A DNA stretch of 64,000 bases from Candidatus Poriferisocius sp. (GCF_965208355.1 NZ_CBDBOM010000003.1:3262058-3326057), one strand, 5' to 3'. Numbered from the stretch's first letter, positions 16,614 to 27,131 are shown. The notes: a model not told the origin generated them from the letters alone. A program made the numbers and translations.

Positions 16614-19600
16614 CTATTGGGGCGAAGACAGGCCGTCGGTGTAGGTGAGGGTGTTGTAGGGGGTGGCGGGGGTTCTTGGGCCGTCTAAGAGGATGCCGGT
16701 GAGGTTGAGGGGGTCGCAGGCGGCGATGGTTACCTCTTGGTTGGTGCGGGGGCGGCGGCCGACCTTTTGGAGTTGGTCGGCGGCCGCGGGCAGGGCGAAC
16801 TGCTCGCCGCTTTGGCCGGCCACGAAGCGGCCCCCTCGCACCAGGCCGCGGTCTTCGAAGCGGCGCAGGGCCTTGAGGATGTCTCGCCAGGGGGTGGCGG
16901 TGGGGGTGGCGGGGTGGTGGGCGAGGCTGCGGAACACCACGCCCCAGCAGGCCAGAAGTTGCTGGGCGACGGCCTCGGCGAGGTCGTCGGCGGGGAGCTC
17001 CTCGGGCGATGGAACGAGCGACCAGCGGCCGGGGGCGGCGTGGGTTTCGCGAGACGCGCCATTGTTAAAGGCGCGATTCATGCGCGAGGCCCGGGTGCGC
17101 AGGGCTTGGGAGCGCAGGTTCTGGCCAGGACGGTGGCGGGTGGGGCGGCGGCCGGTGCGGTCGAGCAGGGCTCGCACCGCGGCGAAGCCGTCGGCGGTGA
17201 ACAGGCCGAGAGCGACGCCGTTCCAAAGGGCCCTTTCGATGTCGTCGGGCAGGCGGTGGGTGGCGTCGGCCAGATCTGGCAGGAAGCTGGCGCCCTGGGA
17301 CTGGAGGATGTCGGCGATCTCTTGAACGGGGCCGGCTTCGGGGGGCTCGGGGTTGTTGGTGCGGGCGGCGGCGAGGAGCCAGGGGAGGTCTTCTCGGAAG
17401 ACGAGGGTGATGGGGGTGGCTTTGCGGGGGGCCATGGAATTGGCCTTGGCGGGTGTGTTGGGGGGCGTGAGGCGGAGCCAGGCCAGCTCGCCGCGGTAGC
17501 AGAGCTCGTCGAGCCAAATCGGGTTGTAGTCGGGGAGGCGCTTTTGGATGATCTGGGATTCCCAGGCGCCGGCGGGGAGGTCGAGGCCTTGGAGCTGCTC
17601 GAGGACTTTGGTGAGGCCGGGGCGACCCCTAACTGTCGAATCAGGAGTTAGGTGATGCCAATCAAGCAAGAACCTCATGAAGTCTTGTGGACTGGCTGCT
17701 TGGACTGAGGATCGCTTCTGGCGACGCGAAAGATACGACATGCGCTGAAGAAGTCGACGGGAACACCACGAATCAGGAGCAGCGCCATCCAGATGGCTAG
17801 CCCTCATAGCTGCCCCTTCGGATTCAAGAGCTGCCAATGCTTGATTGACCGTCGGAAGGTCTAGGGCTGTTTTGTCTGCAAGTTGTTCGGGGGTGGTGGG
17901 GCCGGTGGATTCGAGGTGGCCTCGGATGGTTTCGGTGGCTTTTTCGGGGGTTAGGGCGGTTTCGACTAGTTCTGAGGTGGTCCAGAGGGGGTTTTCGGCG
18001 TTGTTCTTTAAGGTGCAGACCCGGTTCTTGGATTCCAGGGCCTCATAGAGCTCTTGCCAGGCAGGGTTGGGGCGGGTGATTACCTGGGTGGTCAGCAGGT
18101 CGTGGAGCTCGTCGGGGGTTCTTGGGTCGGGGGTTATCTCCTCGACCACCTGGGCGATGGCGTCGGGGGCGATTTGGGAGAGGGTTGAGGCATCGAGAGC
18201 GGGGGGCTGTTGTTCGCCTCGGGGGCGCAGGCCTCGGGGGACGGTGACGGCGTTGGTGCGGCGGTCGACGATCTCGGCGTCGTCCAAAAAGGCGTAGGGG
18301 CGGGCGTTGACGATCTCGTGGCTGAGCGGGGAGGGCTCGGCGGTGTCGCAGAAGTGGGTGCGGACTGCGCCGGAGCGGATATCGGTGAGGAGTTGCGTGA
18401 GGCCGTCCACGTCGAGAGCCTCATGGAGGGTGTCGTGGAGGGTTTGGCGCACCAGCAGGTGATCGGGGATCTCGATGGGTCCGGCCACGTTCTCCTGGCA
18501 AGCCGCCGCGCCGGGGAACACGGCGGCCATGATGTCGTCGGCCTCCATACGCTGGATGGGGGGCGGATTGCGCTTGCCGCCCCGGCTGCGCAGCACCACC
18601 AGGGCCCGATTGAGGTTCCAGCGCCAGCGGGCGGTGAACATGGGCGAATCCAGCACGGCCTGGGTGAGCACCTCCTCCACCGAGTCGGGGTGCAGGAATT
18701 GGGGGACGTCGCTGAGGGGGAAGCTGTGGTGGGGGCCGAGCGACAAGATGATGGCGTTGTCGTTGGCCGCCGCCTGGAGCTCAAAGTCGAAGCGGCGACA
18801 GAGGCGTTTGCGCAGGGCCAGGCCGAAGGCCCGGTTGATGCGCCCGCCATAGGGGCTGTGGACCACGAGCTGTTGGCCGCCGGTGTCGTCGAAGAAGCGC
18901 TCGAACACGATGTTTGTGTGGGTGGGGACGGTGCCGAGGGCGGCTTGGGCGGCGGCGACGTAGAGCACGGCCTGCTCGGCGATCTCGTTGGTGACGCCGT
19001 GGGATTGGGCGAATTGCTGGTTGGCCTGGGCCAGGGTGGTGTCGTTTAGGGGGTTTGCGTCGGCGGTGTCGGGAAACAGCGTTGATATATAGGCGCGCAG
19101 GTTGGACACCTGCTGGGACAGTTCGGCGGTGCGGGCGGGGGCCTCGCCCAGCCAGAAGGGCACGGTGGGCGGGGCGTCGCCGGCGTCGATCACCCGCACG
19201 GTGCCAGCGGCCACTTGCTTGATCCGCCAGGAGTGGGAGCCCAACAGGAAGATGTCGCCGGCCATCGACTCCACCGCCCAGTCTTCGTTGACGGTGCCGA
19301 TGAAGGTGTCGTCGGGCTCGGCCACCACCCGGTAGTCGCCGTTCTCGCCGATGGCGCCCCCGGAGGTGAGGGCGGCCAGCCGGGCGCCCAGTCGGCCCCG
19401 CACCTCGTGGTTGACGGAGTCGTGGTGGAGGTAGGCGCCCCGGGGGCCCCGGCCGGTGACCACTCCGGTGGCAGCCTGGTTGACGGCCTCGTCGAATTGC
19501 TCTTTGGTGAGGTTGGCGTAGGGGGCGGCCTTGGTGAACATGTCGTAGAGGCCACCGGTGGTGTGGTTGTCGTCGGCGGCAGCCTCGGCGATGAGCTGCT

Positions 19601-20930
19601 GGACGAGGATGTCGAGGGGGGCTTCAGGGGGGCGGACGGCGTCGAGCTGGCCCTGGTGGACGGCGTGGACGAGGGCGAGGCACTCGATGAGCTCGTCGCG
19701 GGTGAGGGGCCACAGGCGGCCCTTGGGGGTGCCGTGGCGGCTGTGGTTGGAGCGGCCCACCCGCTGGAGGAAGGTGGCGATGCTGCGGGGCGAGCCCACC
19801 TGGCACACCAGCTCCACGGGGCCGATGTCGATGCCCAGCTCGAGGGAGGCGGTGGCTACCAGGGCTTTTAGGTCGCCGGCCCGGAGGCGGTGCTCGGTGC
19901 GGATGCGGCGCTCGGTTGACAAGGAGCCGTGGTGGGCGGCCACCGCGTCTTCGCCCAGGCGCTCGGCCAGCTGGTGGGCGATGCGCTCGGACATGCGGCG
20001 GGTGTTGACGAACACGATGGTGGTGTGGTGCTCGCCGATGAGGGTGGCCATGCGGTCGAGGATCTGGTCCATCTGGGCATGGGAGACCACCGCGTCGAGC
20101 TCGTCGTCGATCAGCTCCAGGGCGATGTCGAGGTTTCGCTGGTGGCCGGTGTCAACGATGGTGCATTGGGGGGCGGGTTCGGCGGCGCCAGACTCGGTGG
20201 AGCCGGCGCCGTTGTCGGACCGGTCTGGGTGGATGCCGGTGAGCAGGTCGGCGATGGTGGCGATGGGGTGCTGGGTGGCCGACAGGCCAATGCGGGTGGG
20301 GCGGACGTCGGCGGCGTGCTCTAGGCGCTCGAGGGTGAGGGCCAGGTGGCTGCCCCGCTTGTCTCGGGCGGTGGCGTGGATCTCGTCGACGATCACGGTC
20401 TCCACGGTGCGTAGCACCTCTCGGCTCTTGGCCGCGGTCACCAGCAGGTAGAGCGACTCGGGGGTGGTGACCACGAAGTTGGCCGGTTTTTTGATCATGG
20501 CGGCCCGGGTGTGGGCCGGGGTGTCGCCGGTGCGCACCGCCACCGTCAGCGGCGGGGGCTCATGGCCTTGTTCCCGGGCGATCTCGGCGATCTCGGCCAG
20601 GGGGCGCTCCAGGTTCTCGGCGATGTCGGTGGCCAGCGCCTTGAGCGGCGACACGTACACCACCTGGCTGGCCTTGGCCACCGTTTGGCCTTGGACGTGG
20701 CGCTTGTAGAGGTTGTCGATGGCGATGAGGAATCCGGCCAGGGTCTTGCCCGACCCGGTGGGCGCGGCGATCAGCGTGTCTTGGCCCGAGGCGATGGCCG
20801 GCCACCCCTGGGCCTGGGCCTCCGTGGGCCCGCCGGGAAACCGCTGCTCAAACCACGCCGCCACCGCCGGGTGGAACTCAAAGCCGATATCGGCCAACAC
20901 GCTGGGCTCGGCGTGGATCGGGGAAGCCAC
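16614..20930 (-). CDS. lhr: Lhr-family ATP-dependent DEAD/H helicase
   Basis: APTGSGKT, YVSPLKAL, TTPESL, DEIH, LSAT, HHGSLS, SLELGID, QRVGRSNH; C-terminal winged-helix region. Confidence 0.9.
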   Translation of the reverse strand: MASPIHAEPSVLADIGFEFHPAVAAWFEQRFPGGPTEAQAQGWPAIASGQDTLIAAPTGSGKTLAGFLIAIDNLYKRHVQGQTVAKASQVVYVSPLKALATDIAENLERPLAEIAEIAREQGHEPPPLTVAVRTGDTPAHTRAAMIKKPANFVVTTPESLYLLVTAAKSREVLRTVETVIVDEIHATARDKRGSHLALTLERLEHAADVRPTRIGLSATQHPIATIADLLTGIHPDRSDNGAGSTESGAAEPAPQCTIVDTGHQRNLDIALELIDDELDAVVSHAQMDQILDRMATLIGEHHTTIVFVNTRRMSERIAHQLAERLGEDAVAAHHGSLSTERRIRTEHRLRAGDLKALVATASLELGIDIGPVELVCQVGSPRSIATFLQRVGRSNHSRHGTPKGRLWPLTRDELIECLALVHAVHQGQLDAVRPPEAPLDILVQQLIAEAAADDNHTTGGLYDMFTKAAPYANLTKEQFDEAVNQAATGVVTGRGPRGAYLHHDSVNHEVRGRLGARLAALTSGGAIGENGDYRVVAEPDDTFIGTVNEDWAVESMAGDIFLLGSHSWRIKQVAAGTVRVIDAGDAPPTVPFWLGEAPARTAELSQQVSNLRAYISTLFPDTADANPLNDTTLAQANQQFAQSHGVTNEIAEQAVLYVAAAQAALGTVPTHTNIVFERFFDDTGGQQLVVHSPYGGRINRAFGLALRKRLCRRFDFELQAAANDNAIILSLGPHHSFPLSDVPQFLHPDSVEEVLTQAVLDSPMFTARWRWNLNRALVVLRSRGGKRNPPPIQRMEADDIMAAVFPGAAACQENVAGPIEIPDHLLVRQTLHDTLHEALDVDGLTQLLTDIRSGAVRTHFCDTAEPSPLSHEIVNARPYAFLDDAEIVDRRTNAVTVPRGLRPRGEQQPPALDASTLSQIAPDAIAQVVEEITPDPRTPDELHDLLTTQVITRPNPAWQELYEALESKNRVCTLKNNAENPLWTTSELVETALTPEKATETIRGHLESTGPTTPEQLADKTALDLPTVNQALAALESEGAAMRASHLDGAAPDSWCSRRLLQRMSYLSRRQKRSSVQAASPQDFMRFLLDWHHLTPDSTVRGRPGLTKVLEQLQGLDLPAGAWESQIIQKRLPDYNPIWLDELCYRGELAWLRLTPPNTPAKANSMAPRKATPITLVFREDLPWLLAAARTNNPEPPEAGPVQEIADILQSQGASFLPDLADATHRLPDDIERALWNGVALGLFTADGFAAVRALLDRTGRRPTRHRPGQNLRSQALRTRASRMNRAFNNGASRETHAAPGRWSLVPSPEELPADDLAEAVAQQLLACWGVVFRSLAHHPATPTATPWRDILKALRRFEDRGLVRGGRFVAGQSGEQFALPAAADQLQKVGRRPRTNQEVTIAACDPLNLTGILLDGPRTPATPYNTLTYTDGLSSPQ

Positions 20931-20992
20931 GGCGTCAGACTACCGGCGGGCTGTGACAAGCTCGGCGGGTGGGATCGACTTGGGGTGGGCGG

Positions 20993-21538
20993 ATGTCGGG
21001 GCGGGACTATGACGCCCGGTGGGAGCGGCTCGAGGCCGAGGGGCACAACCCCCATGGGGAGGCCGATTTTGTGGACTCGCTGCTGGGAGGTTCCGGGCGG
21101 GTTCTCGATGCGGGCTGCGGGACAGGACGGATGGCGGTTGAGCTGGCCCGGCGGGGGTTTGACGTGGCCGGGGTGGATATCGACACGGAGATGATCTCGG
21201 GGGCTCGGGCCAAGGCGCCGGAGTTGGCCTGGCACCAGCTGGATTTGACGGTGTTCGACCTGGGCGAAGCCTTCGACGCGGTGGTGATGGCGGGGAACGT
21301 GCTGCTGTTCACCGGGCCGGGCACCGAGTCCGCAGTGGTGGCCCGCTGCGCCGCCCACCTCTCCCCCGGTGGCGCCCTGGTGGCCGGGTTCCAGCTGCGG
21401 GCCGGGGGCTACACCTTGGATCGCTACGACAGCGACTGTGCCGCGGCGGGATTGGCCCTGTCGGAGCGCTACTCGACGTGGGAGCGAGGGCCCTGGTCGG
21501 GCGGCGACTACGCCGTGTCGGTCCACCGCCCCATATAG
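20993..21538 (+). CDS. Class I SAM-dependent methyltransferase
   Basis: VLDAGCGTGR motif, FDAVVMAGNV, LSPGG. Confidence 0.85.
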   Translation: MSGRDYDARWERLEAEGHNPHGEADFVDSLLGGSGRVLDAGCGTGRMAVELARRGFDVAGVDIDTEMISGARAKAPELAWHQLDLTVFDLGEAFDAVVMAGNVLLFTGPGTESAVVARCAAHLSPGGALVAGFQLRAGGYTLDRYDSDCAAAGLALSERYSTWERGPWSGGDYAVSVHRPI

Positions 21539-21584
21539 CCCACCCATATAAGAGGCGCGCGGCGCGGGGCGCGAGACTGGGAGG

Positions 21585-21833
21585 GTGCTGGGCGGGCCGG
21601 AGATCATCACGTTCTTGTTGCTGGCGCTGGGGGGTGCGCTGGCGGTGGGGAACATTGCCGCGCTGATCAATCCTGACGGCCCTCGCAAGCGCCGGACGGG
21701 TCGGCCCGACATCCCTCCCCCGCCGGGTGCCCCCGACGAGCCAGCGACCCCGAAGGTGGGGCGCAGCGTGGTGATGATCGTGGTGGGCCTGGTGATCGTC
21801 ATCTGGGCCATCGCCAGCCTGATCGGCGGGTGA
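21585..21833 (+). CDS. Small two-TM membrane protein
   Basis: Two hydrophobic helices with a Pro-rich loop; GGAGG RBS. Confidence 0.65.
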   Translation: MLGGPEIITFLLLALGGALAVGNIAALINPDGPRKRRTGRPDIPPPPGAPDEPATPKVGRSVVMIVVGLVIVIWAIASLIGG

Positions 21834-21878
21834 GCCTTCCCGGCCCTGTCAGCCGAGCAGGGTAGGGTCGGGGGGGTT

Positions 21879-22640
21879 ATGGCGTTGTTGGATGTGGCGG
21901 GGGTCACGGTGCGGTTCGGGGGGGTCACCGCGCTGCGGGACCTGTCGTTCACCGTGGACGAGGGCAGCATCTGCGGGCTGATCGGGCCCAACGGGGCGGG
22001 CAAGACCACCTTGTTCAACGTGGTGAGCCGGGTGTACGACGCCCAAGAGGGCGCAGTGGCCTTTGAGGGCGCCGATCTGCTGGCCCGTCCGGCCCATGCC
22101 ATCAGCGGTTTGGGCATCGGGCGCACCTTCCAGAACCTGGCCCTGTGGCCGGGCATGACCGTGATGCAGAACGTGATGGTGGGCGCCCACCACCGCTCCA
22201 GCATCGGCGCGCTGCGGGCCGCGCTGCGGTGGGGGTCGGGGCAGGAGGAGGCCTCGCTGGCTCAAACCGCGTGGGAGGCACTGGAAGAGCTGTCGCTCAC
22301 CGACGTGGCCTTTCACCCCGCGGCGGGATTGCCGTTCGGGACCCTGAAGCGGGTAGAGCTGGCCCGGGCGCTGGTGGGCCGGCCCCGGCTGCTGATGCTG
22401 GACGAGCCGGCCACCGGGCTGACCCAGACCGAGGTGGGCGAATTGGCCGATTTGCTGGTGGCGCTGGCCCAGCGGCACTCGCTGACGCTGCTGTTGGTGG
22501 AGCACCACATGGGGATGGTGATGGGGGTGTCCGACAAGGTGGTGGTGCTGGACTTCGGGGCCAAGATCGCCGAGGGGACCCCCGCCGAGGTGCAGAACGA
22601 CCCGGCGGTGGTGGAGGCCTACCTGGGGGCCGAGCAATGA
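21879..22640 (+). CDS. livG: Branched-chain amino acid-type ABC ATPase (LivG-like)
   Basis: GPNGAGKTT, RTFQN, LDEPATG, VEHHM, VVEAYLG. Confidence 0.9.
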   Translation: MALLDVAGVTVRFGGVTALRDLSFTVDEGSICGLIGPNGAGKTTLFNVVSRVYDAQEGAVAFEGADLLARPAHAISGLGIGRTFQNLALWPGMTVMQNVMVGAHHRSSIGALRAALRWGSGQEEASLAQTAWEALEELSLTDVAFHPAAGLPFGTLKRVELARALVGRPRLLMLDEPATGLTQTEVGELADLLVALAQRHSLTLLLVEHHMGMVMGVSDKVVVLDFGAKIAEGTPAEVQNDPAVVEAYLGAEQ

Positions 22641-23350
22641 GCGGGCCGTATCTGGAGGTGTCCGGGCTGAAGGCGGCCTACGGCGACATCCAGGTGCTGC
22701 ACGGCATCGACTTCTCGGTGGACGAGGGCCAGATAGCGGTGATCTTGGGGGCCAATGGGGCGGGCAAGACCACCACGCTGCGGGCGCTGTGCGCCATGGT
22801 GTCGACTGAGGGCTCGGTGCGGCTGGCGGGCGAGGAGCTGTCGGGGCGGGGCACCGCTGACATCGTTCGCCGGGGGGTGGCCCACGTGCCCCAGGGGCGG
22901 GGGACGTTCCCCGACCTGAGCGTGGAGGAGAACCTGATGGCCGGGGCCTATGTGCGCTCCGACGCTGATGTGCGCTCAGACATGGAGCAGTGGTTTGAGA
23001 CGTTCCCGGTGCTGGGCGAGCGGCGGACCCAGACCGCGGGCAGCCTGAGCGGGGGCGAGCAGCAGATGTTGGCCATCGCCCGGGCGCTGATGCTGCGGCC
23101 GTCGCTTTTGCTGTTGGACGAGCCGTCGCTGGGGTTGGCGCCGATGATCACCCGATCGCTGTTCGAGCAGCTCACCGCCATCAACGCCGCCGCCGGGACC
23201 ACCATGCTGGTGGTGGAGCAGAACGCCAGCCTGGCCCTGGGGGTGGCCGATGTGGCCTATGTGCTGGAGGCCGGGGTGGTGGCTCTGTCGGGCCCCGCCG
23301 ACGAGTTGGCCGCCGACGACAGCGTCCGCCGGGCGTACCTGGGGTATTAG
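22637..23350 (+). CDS. livF: Branched-chain amino acid-type ABC ATPase (LivF-like)
   Basis: ATGA overlap; GANGAGKTT, LSGGEQQML, LDEPSLGL, VEQN. Confidence 0.9.
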   Translation: MSGPYLEVSGLKAAYGDIQVLHGIDFSVDEGQIAVILGANGAGKTTTLRALCAMVSTEGSVRLAGEELSGRGTADIVRRGVAHVPQGRGTFPDLSVEENLMAGAYVRSDADVRSDMEQWFETFPVLGERRTQTAGSLSGGEQQMLAIARALMLRPSLLLLDEPSLGLAPMITRSLFEQLTAINAAAGTTMLVVEQNASLALGVADVAYVLEAGVVALSGPADELAADDSVRRAYLGY

Positions 23351-23352
23351 CG

Positions 23353-24294
23353 GTGCAGGTATTGGCTTCTGTGCTCGGTGTGTTCGACATCACCCTCGAC
23401 AAGCTGTCCAACGGGGAGCTGTGGCTGGCCCAGTTCTTTAGGGGGCTGAGCGACGGGGCCACCTACGCCTCGGTGGCGCTGGCGCTGGTGATGATCTACA
23501 AGTCCACCGGGTTCATCAACTTCGCCCAGGGCTCGCTGGCGCTTCTGGGGGTGTACCTGGCCTACATCTTCAGCGTGGAACAGGGTTTGCCGGTAGCCGT
23601 GGCGGTGGTGTGCGCCATGGTGGCCAGCTCGGCGGTGGCGATGTTCGTGGAGAGGGTGTTCATCCGGCCGTTCCCGCCCGACCACGTGCTGCCCCTGGTG
23701 ATCGTGACACTGGGGCTGTTGTTGATCATCGACTCGGCGGTGGGGATCGTGTGGGGGTTCCGCACCCGAAGCCTGCCCAGCATGTTCCCCAGCGGTGCCC
23801 CCATCGAGTGGGGCATCGCCCAGCTCACCTGGCGCACCATCGGCAACCTGGGCACGGTGTTTGCGGTGGTGGGGCTGCTGTATCTGCTGCTGTCGCGCAC
23901 CAAGATCGGATTGGCGTTTCGGGCGGTGTCGTCGAATCTGGAATCGGCCCGGCTGGTGGGCATCCGGGTGGGGCCGACGCTGGGGTTCGGATGGGCGCTG
24001 GCCGCGTCCATCGGCACCCTGGGCGGGGCGCTGGTGGTGCCCGAACTGCTGCTCGAGCCCTCCATCATGCTGCGGGTGCTGATCTTCTCGCTGGCCGCCG
24101 CGGCCCTCGGCGGGTTGGACAGCTTGGTGGGGGCGGTGATCGGCGGACTGGTGGTGGGATTGGCCCGCAACCTGCTGGTGACGTTCTTGGACCTGAGCGA
24201 GCTGGCCCTGGCCACCGCGGTGGCGGTGATCTTGGTGGTGCTTCTGGTGCGGCCGACGGGGTTGTTCGGATCGACCCGGGTGGAGCGGGTGTGA
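23353..24294 (+). CDS. livH: LivH-like ABC permease
   Basis: INFAQG motif, multiple TM helices, operon position. Confidence 0.85.
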   Translation: MQVLASVLGVFDITLDKLSNGELWLAQFFRGLSDGATYASVALALVMIYKSTGFINFAQGSLALLGVYLAYIFSVEQGLPVAVAVVCAMVASSAVAMFVERVFIRPFPPDHVLPLVIVTLGLLLIIDSAVGIVWGFRTRSLPSMFPSGAPIEWGIAQLTWRTIGNLGTVFAVVGLLYLLLSRTKIGLAFRAVSSNLESARLVGIRVGPTLGFGWALAASIGTLGGALVVPELLLEPSIMLRVLIFSLAAAALGGLDSLVGAVIGGLVVGLARNLLVTFLDLSELALATAVAVILVVLLVRPTGLFGSTRVERV

Positions 24295-24334
24295 TGGGGG
24301 TGCATTGGGCTATCGGCGCAAGGATGCGGGTGTG

Positions 24335-25495
24335 ATGCGCGCCATGGGCGCAGTGGCCGCGGGCAGCCGCCAGCACCGGCGGCGCCAGGTGATCGGGTGG
24401 GTGCTGTTCGCCCTGGTGGTGGCGCTGATTCCGTTTCTGATCGCCGAAACCTACAGCCCGACCATCTTCGGCAACCGCTACACGTTCGGGTTGGGCAACT
24501 TGAGCCAGGCCATCGCCTTGATGGTGGCCATATTGGGGTTGAACATCGCCACCGGCTACAGCGGGCAGCTCTCCTTGGGCCACAGCTTCTTCGTGGGGTC
24601 GGGGGCGTACCTGACCGCGGTGCTGGTGAACGAGTTCCACTGGTCGTACCTGTCGACCCTTGGCGTGGTGGTGCCGGGACTGTTCGTGTTCGGCGTGCTG
24701 TTCGGGATCCCCGCCCTGCGCATCCAGGGGCTGTACCTGGGGCTGTTGACCTTTGCGGTGGCCGCGGTGTTCCCGTCGATCATCCGTCTTGATGAGATTA
24801 AGGACCGCACCGGGGGGAGCAACGGGCTTCTGATCGAGAGCGACCTAGAGCCGCCAACGTGGGCGCCGCTGGACACGGTGACCGGATGGCTCCATGCCAT
24901 ACCGGGAGTGGGGTCGCGGGTGCCCGACGGGCTGACCGGCCGCCAGGAGGAGGCGGTGTACAAATACTTCCTTTTGGTGATCGTGGCGCTGGTGTGCTTC
25001 TGGCTGGTGCGCAACATCCTGGCCGGCCGGGTGGGGCGGGCTTTGGTGGCTATTCGGGACAACCAGCTGGGTGCCGCGGCCAACGGCGTGAACCTGGCCG
25101 CCTACAAGACGTTGAGCTTCGGGATCAGCGCGGCGGTGGGCGGGGTGGCCGGAACCATGCTGGCCATGCATTCGGGGTTCGTGGGGCCCGACGAGTTCGG
25201 CTTCTCGATGGCCATTCTGCTGATCGTGGGACTGATCGTGGGCGGCGCGGGAACGCTGCACGGCGCGGTGGTGGGCGGGCTGGCCATCCAGTTCGTGCCG
25301 GTTTGGTCGAGCCAAACCCAGACCCTTCCCGGCACCGACGTGGCCCTGGAGGGGCCGTATGGCACGGCCATTCTGGGCGGGCTTCTGATCGCCATCATCT
25401 TCGCGCTGCCCGGCGGTGCGGCCCACGGGTTCCGGCGCATCAAATCCCGGCTGATGCCGGTGGCCCCCCAGCCCCCAACAGGATCGACTGGATGA
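24335..25495 (+). CDS. livM: LivM-like ABC permease
   Basis: GLNIATGYSGQLSLGH, GRALVAIRDN motifs. Confidence 0.85.
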   Translation: MRAMGAVAAGSRQHRRRQVIGWVLFALVVALIPFLIAETYSPTIFGNRYTFGLGNLSQAIALMVAILGLNIATGYSGQLSLGHSFFVGSGAYLTAVLVNEFHWSYLSTLGVVVPGLFVFGVLFGIPALRIQGLYLGLLTFAVAAVFPSIIRLDEIKDRTGGSNGLLIESDLEPPTWAPLDTVTGWLHAIPGVGSRVPDGLTGRQEEAVYKYFLLVIVALVCFWLVRNILAGRVGRALVAIRDNQLGAAANGVNLAAYKTLSFGISAAVGGVAGTMLAMHSGFVGPDEFGFSMAILLIVGLIVGGAGTLHGAVVGGLAIQFVPVWSSQTQTLPGTDVALEGPYGTAILGGLLIAIIFALPGGAAHGFRRIKSRLMPVAPQPPTGSTG

Positions 25496-25582
25496 GCTCT
25501 TCGGGGCTGTAATTGTCGCTATATAGGCGTAGGGTTACGAGACTGCTTCCATCCCGAAGCCAACCTCAGAAGGGATTTTTCA

Positions 25583-27070
25583 ATGTCGAAACTTCTGCGA
25601 ACCCTGTTCGGGCTGTTCGTTGTGTTCGCGCTGGTGGCCAGTGCCTGCGGCAACGATGACGATGACGCACCGGTGAGCGAGCCGGCGCCGGCCGCTCCCG
25701 AGGACGAGCCCGCTGCTGAGCCCGAGGATGAGGACGAGCCCGCGCCCGCTGCTGAGCCCGAGGACGAGGATGAGCCCGCGCCCGCTGCTGAGCCCGAGGA
25801 CGAGGATGAGCCCGCGCCTGCGCCTGAGCCCGAGGAGCCATCCGATCCCAACATCGTGGAGTTGGGCGGCGGCGCGATGATCGACATCACCGAATGCCCC
25901 GACGAGTGGGACAACTACCAAGGTGTGACCGACTCCGAGATCCGCTTCGGCAGCAGCCTGCCCCGATCGGGCGCGCTGGCCGGGTTCGGCACCATCAGCG
26001 ACGGTGTGCAGCTCTACTTCGACCACGTGGGCCCGATCGACGGCCGCAACGTGGTGATGGTGAGCCGAGACGACGGCTACGTCGCCGCCCGCACCAAGAC
26101 CAACGTGGAAGAGATGATCGACGTTGAGAATCTGTTGGGGTTTGCCGGAATTCTGGGCAGCCCCAACAACCTGGCCGTCCACGACCTGTTGAACGAGAAC
26201 TGCATCCCGCAGCTTCTGAACCTGACCGGTTTGCCGGAGTGGGGCGACCCCAACAACTACCCGTGGACCACCGGGGCGCTGATGTCTTATGAGACCGAGG
26301 CCCGGATCTGGTGCCAGCACGTGGCCGATGAAATCGGCTCGGGGGCCACGGTGGCCATCTTGTCGCTAGACAACGACGCCGGGGAGGCCTGGCGGGTGGC
26401 CTTCAACGAGTGCGCTCCCGGCTTGGGCCTGGACGTGGTGGACGAGGTTCAGCACGATCCGCAGGCCGATTCCGTAGGCCCTGATGTGACCACCCTGGCA
26501 GCCAGCGATGCCGACGTGCTGCTGGTGGCCTCATCGGGGGCCTTCTGCGTCCAAGCAGTGCTCCAGACGGCCACCATTGCGTGGGAGCCGCTGGTGCTGG
26601 TGGCCAACGGGTGCCAGCGCATCGCCCTGTTCTGGGCGCCAATAGGGCCTCTGGCCAACGGCATCCGATTGGTGAACACCCAGAAGGACCTGTCTGATGC
26701 CTCGCTGGCCGACGACGAGTGGGTGCAGTTTGTGCGGGGCGCACTGGACAGCCAAGGCGTCGACCCCGACGCCGAATCCCACGCCCTGGGCTACATCTTC
26801 GGCGAGATCCTGCACGAGGTTCTGCTGGATGCGGCCGACATGGACGGCGGCATCAACCGCACCAACCTGATGCGGGCCATGTGGCAGATGAGCTTCGACT
26901 CCCGGGGCGCGATCGGCAATACCCCGCGGTCCATGGACGGAGCCAACGACTCCTACATGGTGGAAGCGGGGCGTATCGAAGAGCTGGTGGTGGACGGCGA
27001 AGGTGCCCGCTACGTGCCCATCAGCGACGTGATCGACTACGAGGGCGAGACCGGCACGTTCGGCCAGTAG
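25583..27070 (+). CDS. ABC substrate-binding lipoprotein (LivJ/type 1 fold) with acidic Pro-rich linker
   Basis: Lipobox VASAC; GVTDSEIRFG, RDDGY motifs. Confidence 0.85.
   Translation: MSKLLRTLFGLFVVFALVASACGNDDDDAPVSEPAPAAPEDEPAAEPEDEDEPAPAAEPEDEDEPAPAAEPEDEDEPAPAPEPEEPSDPNIVELGGGAMIDITECPDEWDNYQGVTDSEIRFGSSLPRSGALAGFGTISDGVQLYFDHVGPIDGRNVVMVSRDDGYVAARTKTNVEEMIDVENLLGFAGILGSPNNLAVHDLLNENCIPQLLNLTGLPEWGDPNNYPWTTGALMSYETEARIWCQHVADEIGSGATVAILSLDNDAGEAWRVAFNECAPGLGLDVVDEVQHDPQADSVGPDVTTLAASDADVLLVASSGAFCVQAVLQTATIAWEPLVLVANGCQRIALFWAPIGPLANGIRLVNTQKDLSDASLADDEWVQFVRGALDSQGVDPDAESHALGYIFGEILHEVLLDAADMDGGINRTNLMRAMWQMSFDSRGAIGNTPRSMDGANDSYMVEAGRIEELVVDGEGARYVPISDVIDYEGETGTFGQ
25708..25836 (+). 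repeat. 36-bp coding tandem repeat (PAAEPEDEDEPA), ~3.5 copies
   Basis: Units at 25708, 25744, 25780 and partial at 25816. Confidence 0.9.
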
Positions 27071-27084
27071 CCGACGAGAACGAG

Positions 27085-27128
27085 GCGACCCCCGTCCGGC
27101 TGCTGTCGGGCGGGGGTCGTTTTGCTTT
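27085..27128 (+). terminator. Intrinsic terminator
   Basis: gcgacccccgtccg/cgggcgggggtcgt stem followed by tttgcttt, between converging genes. Confidence 0.75.
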
Positions 27129-27131
27129 CGG

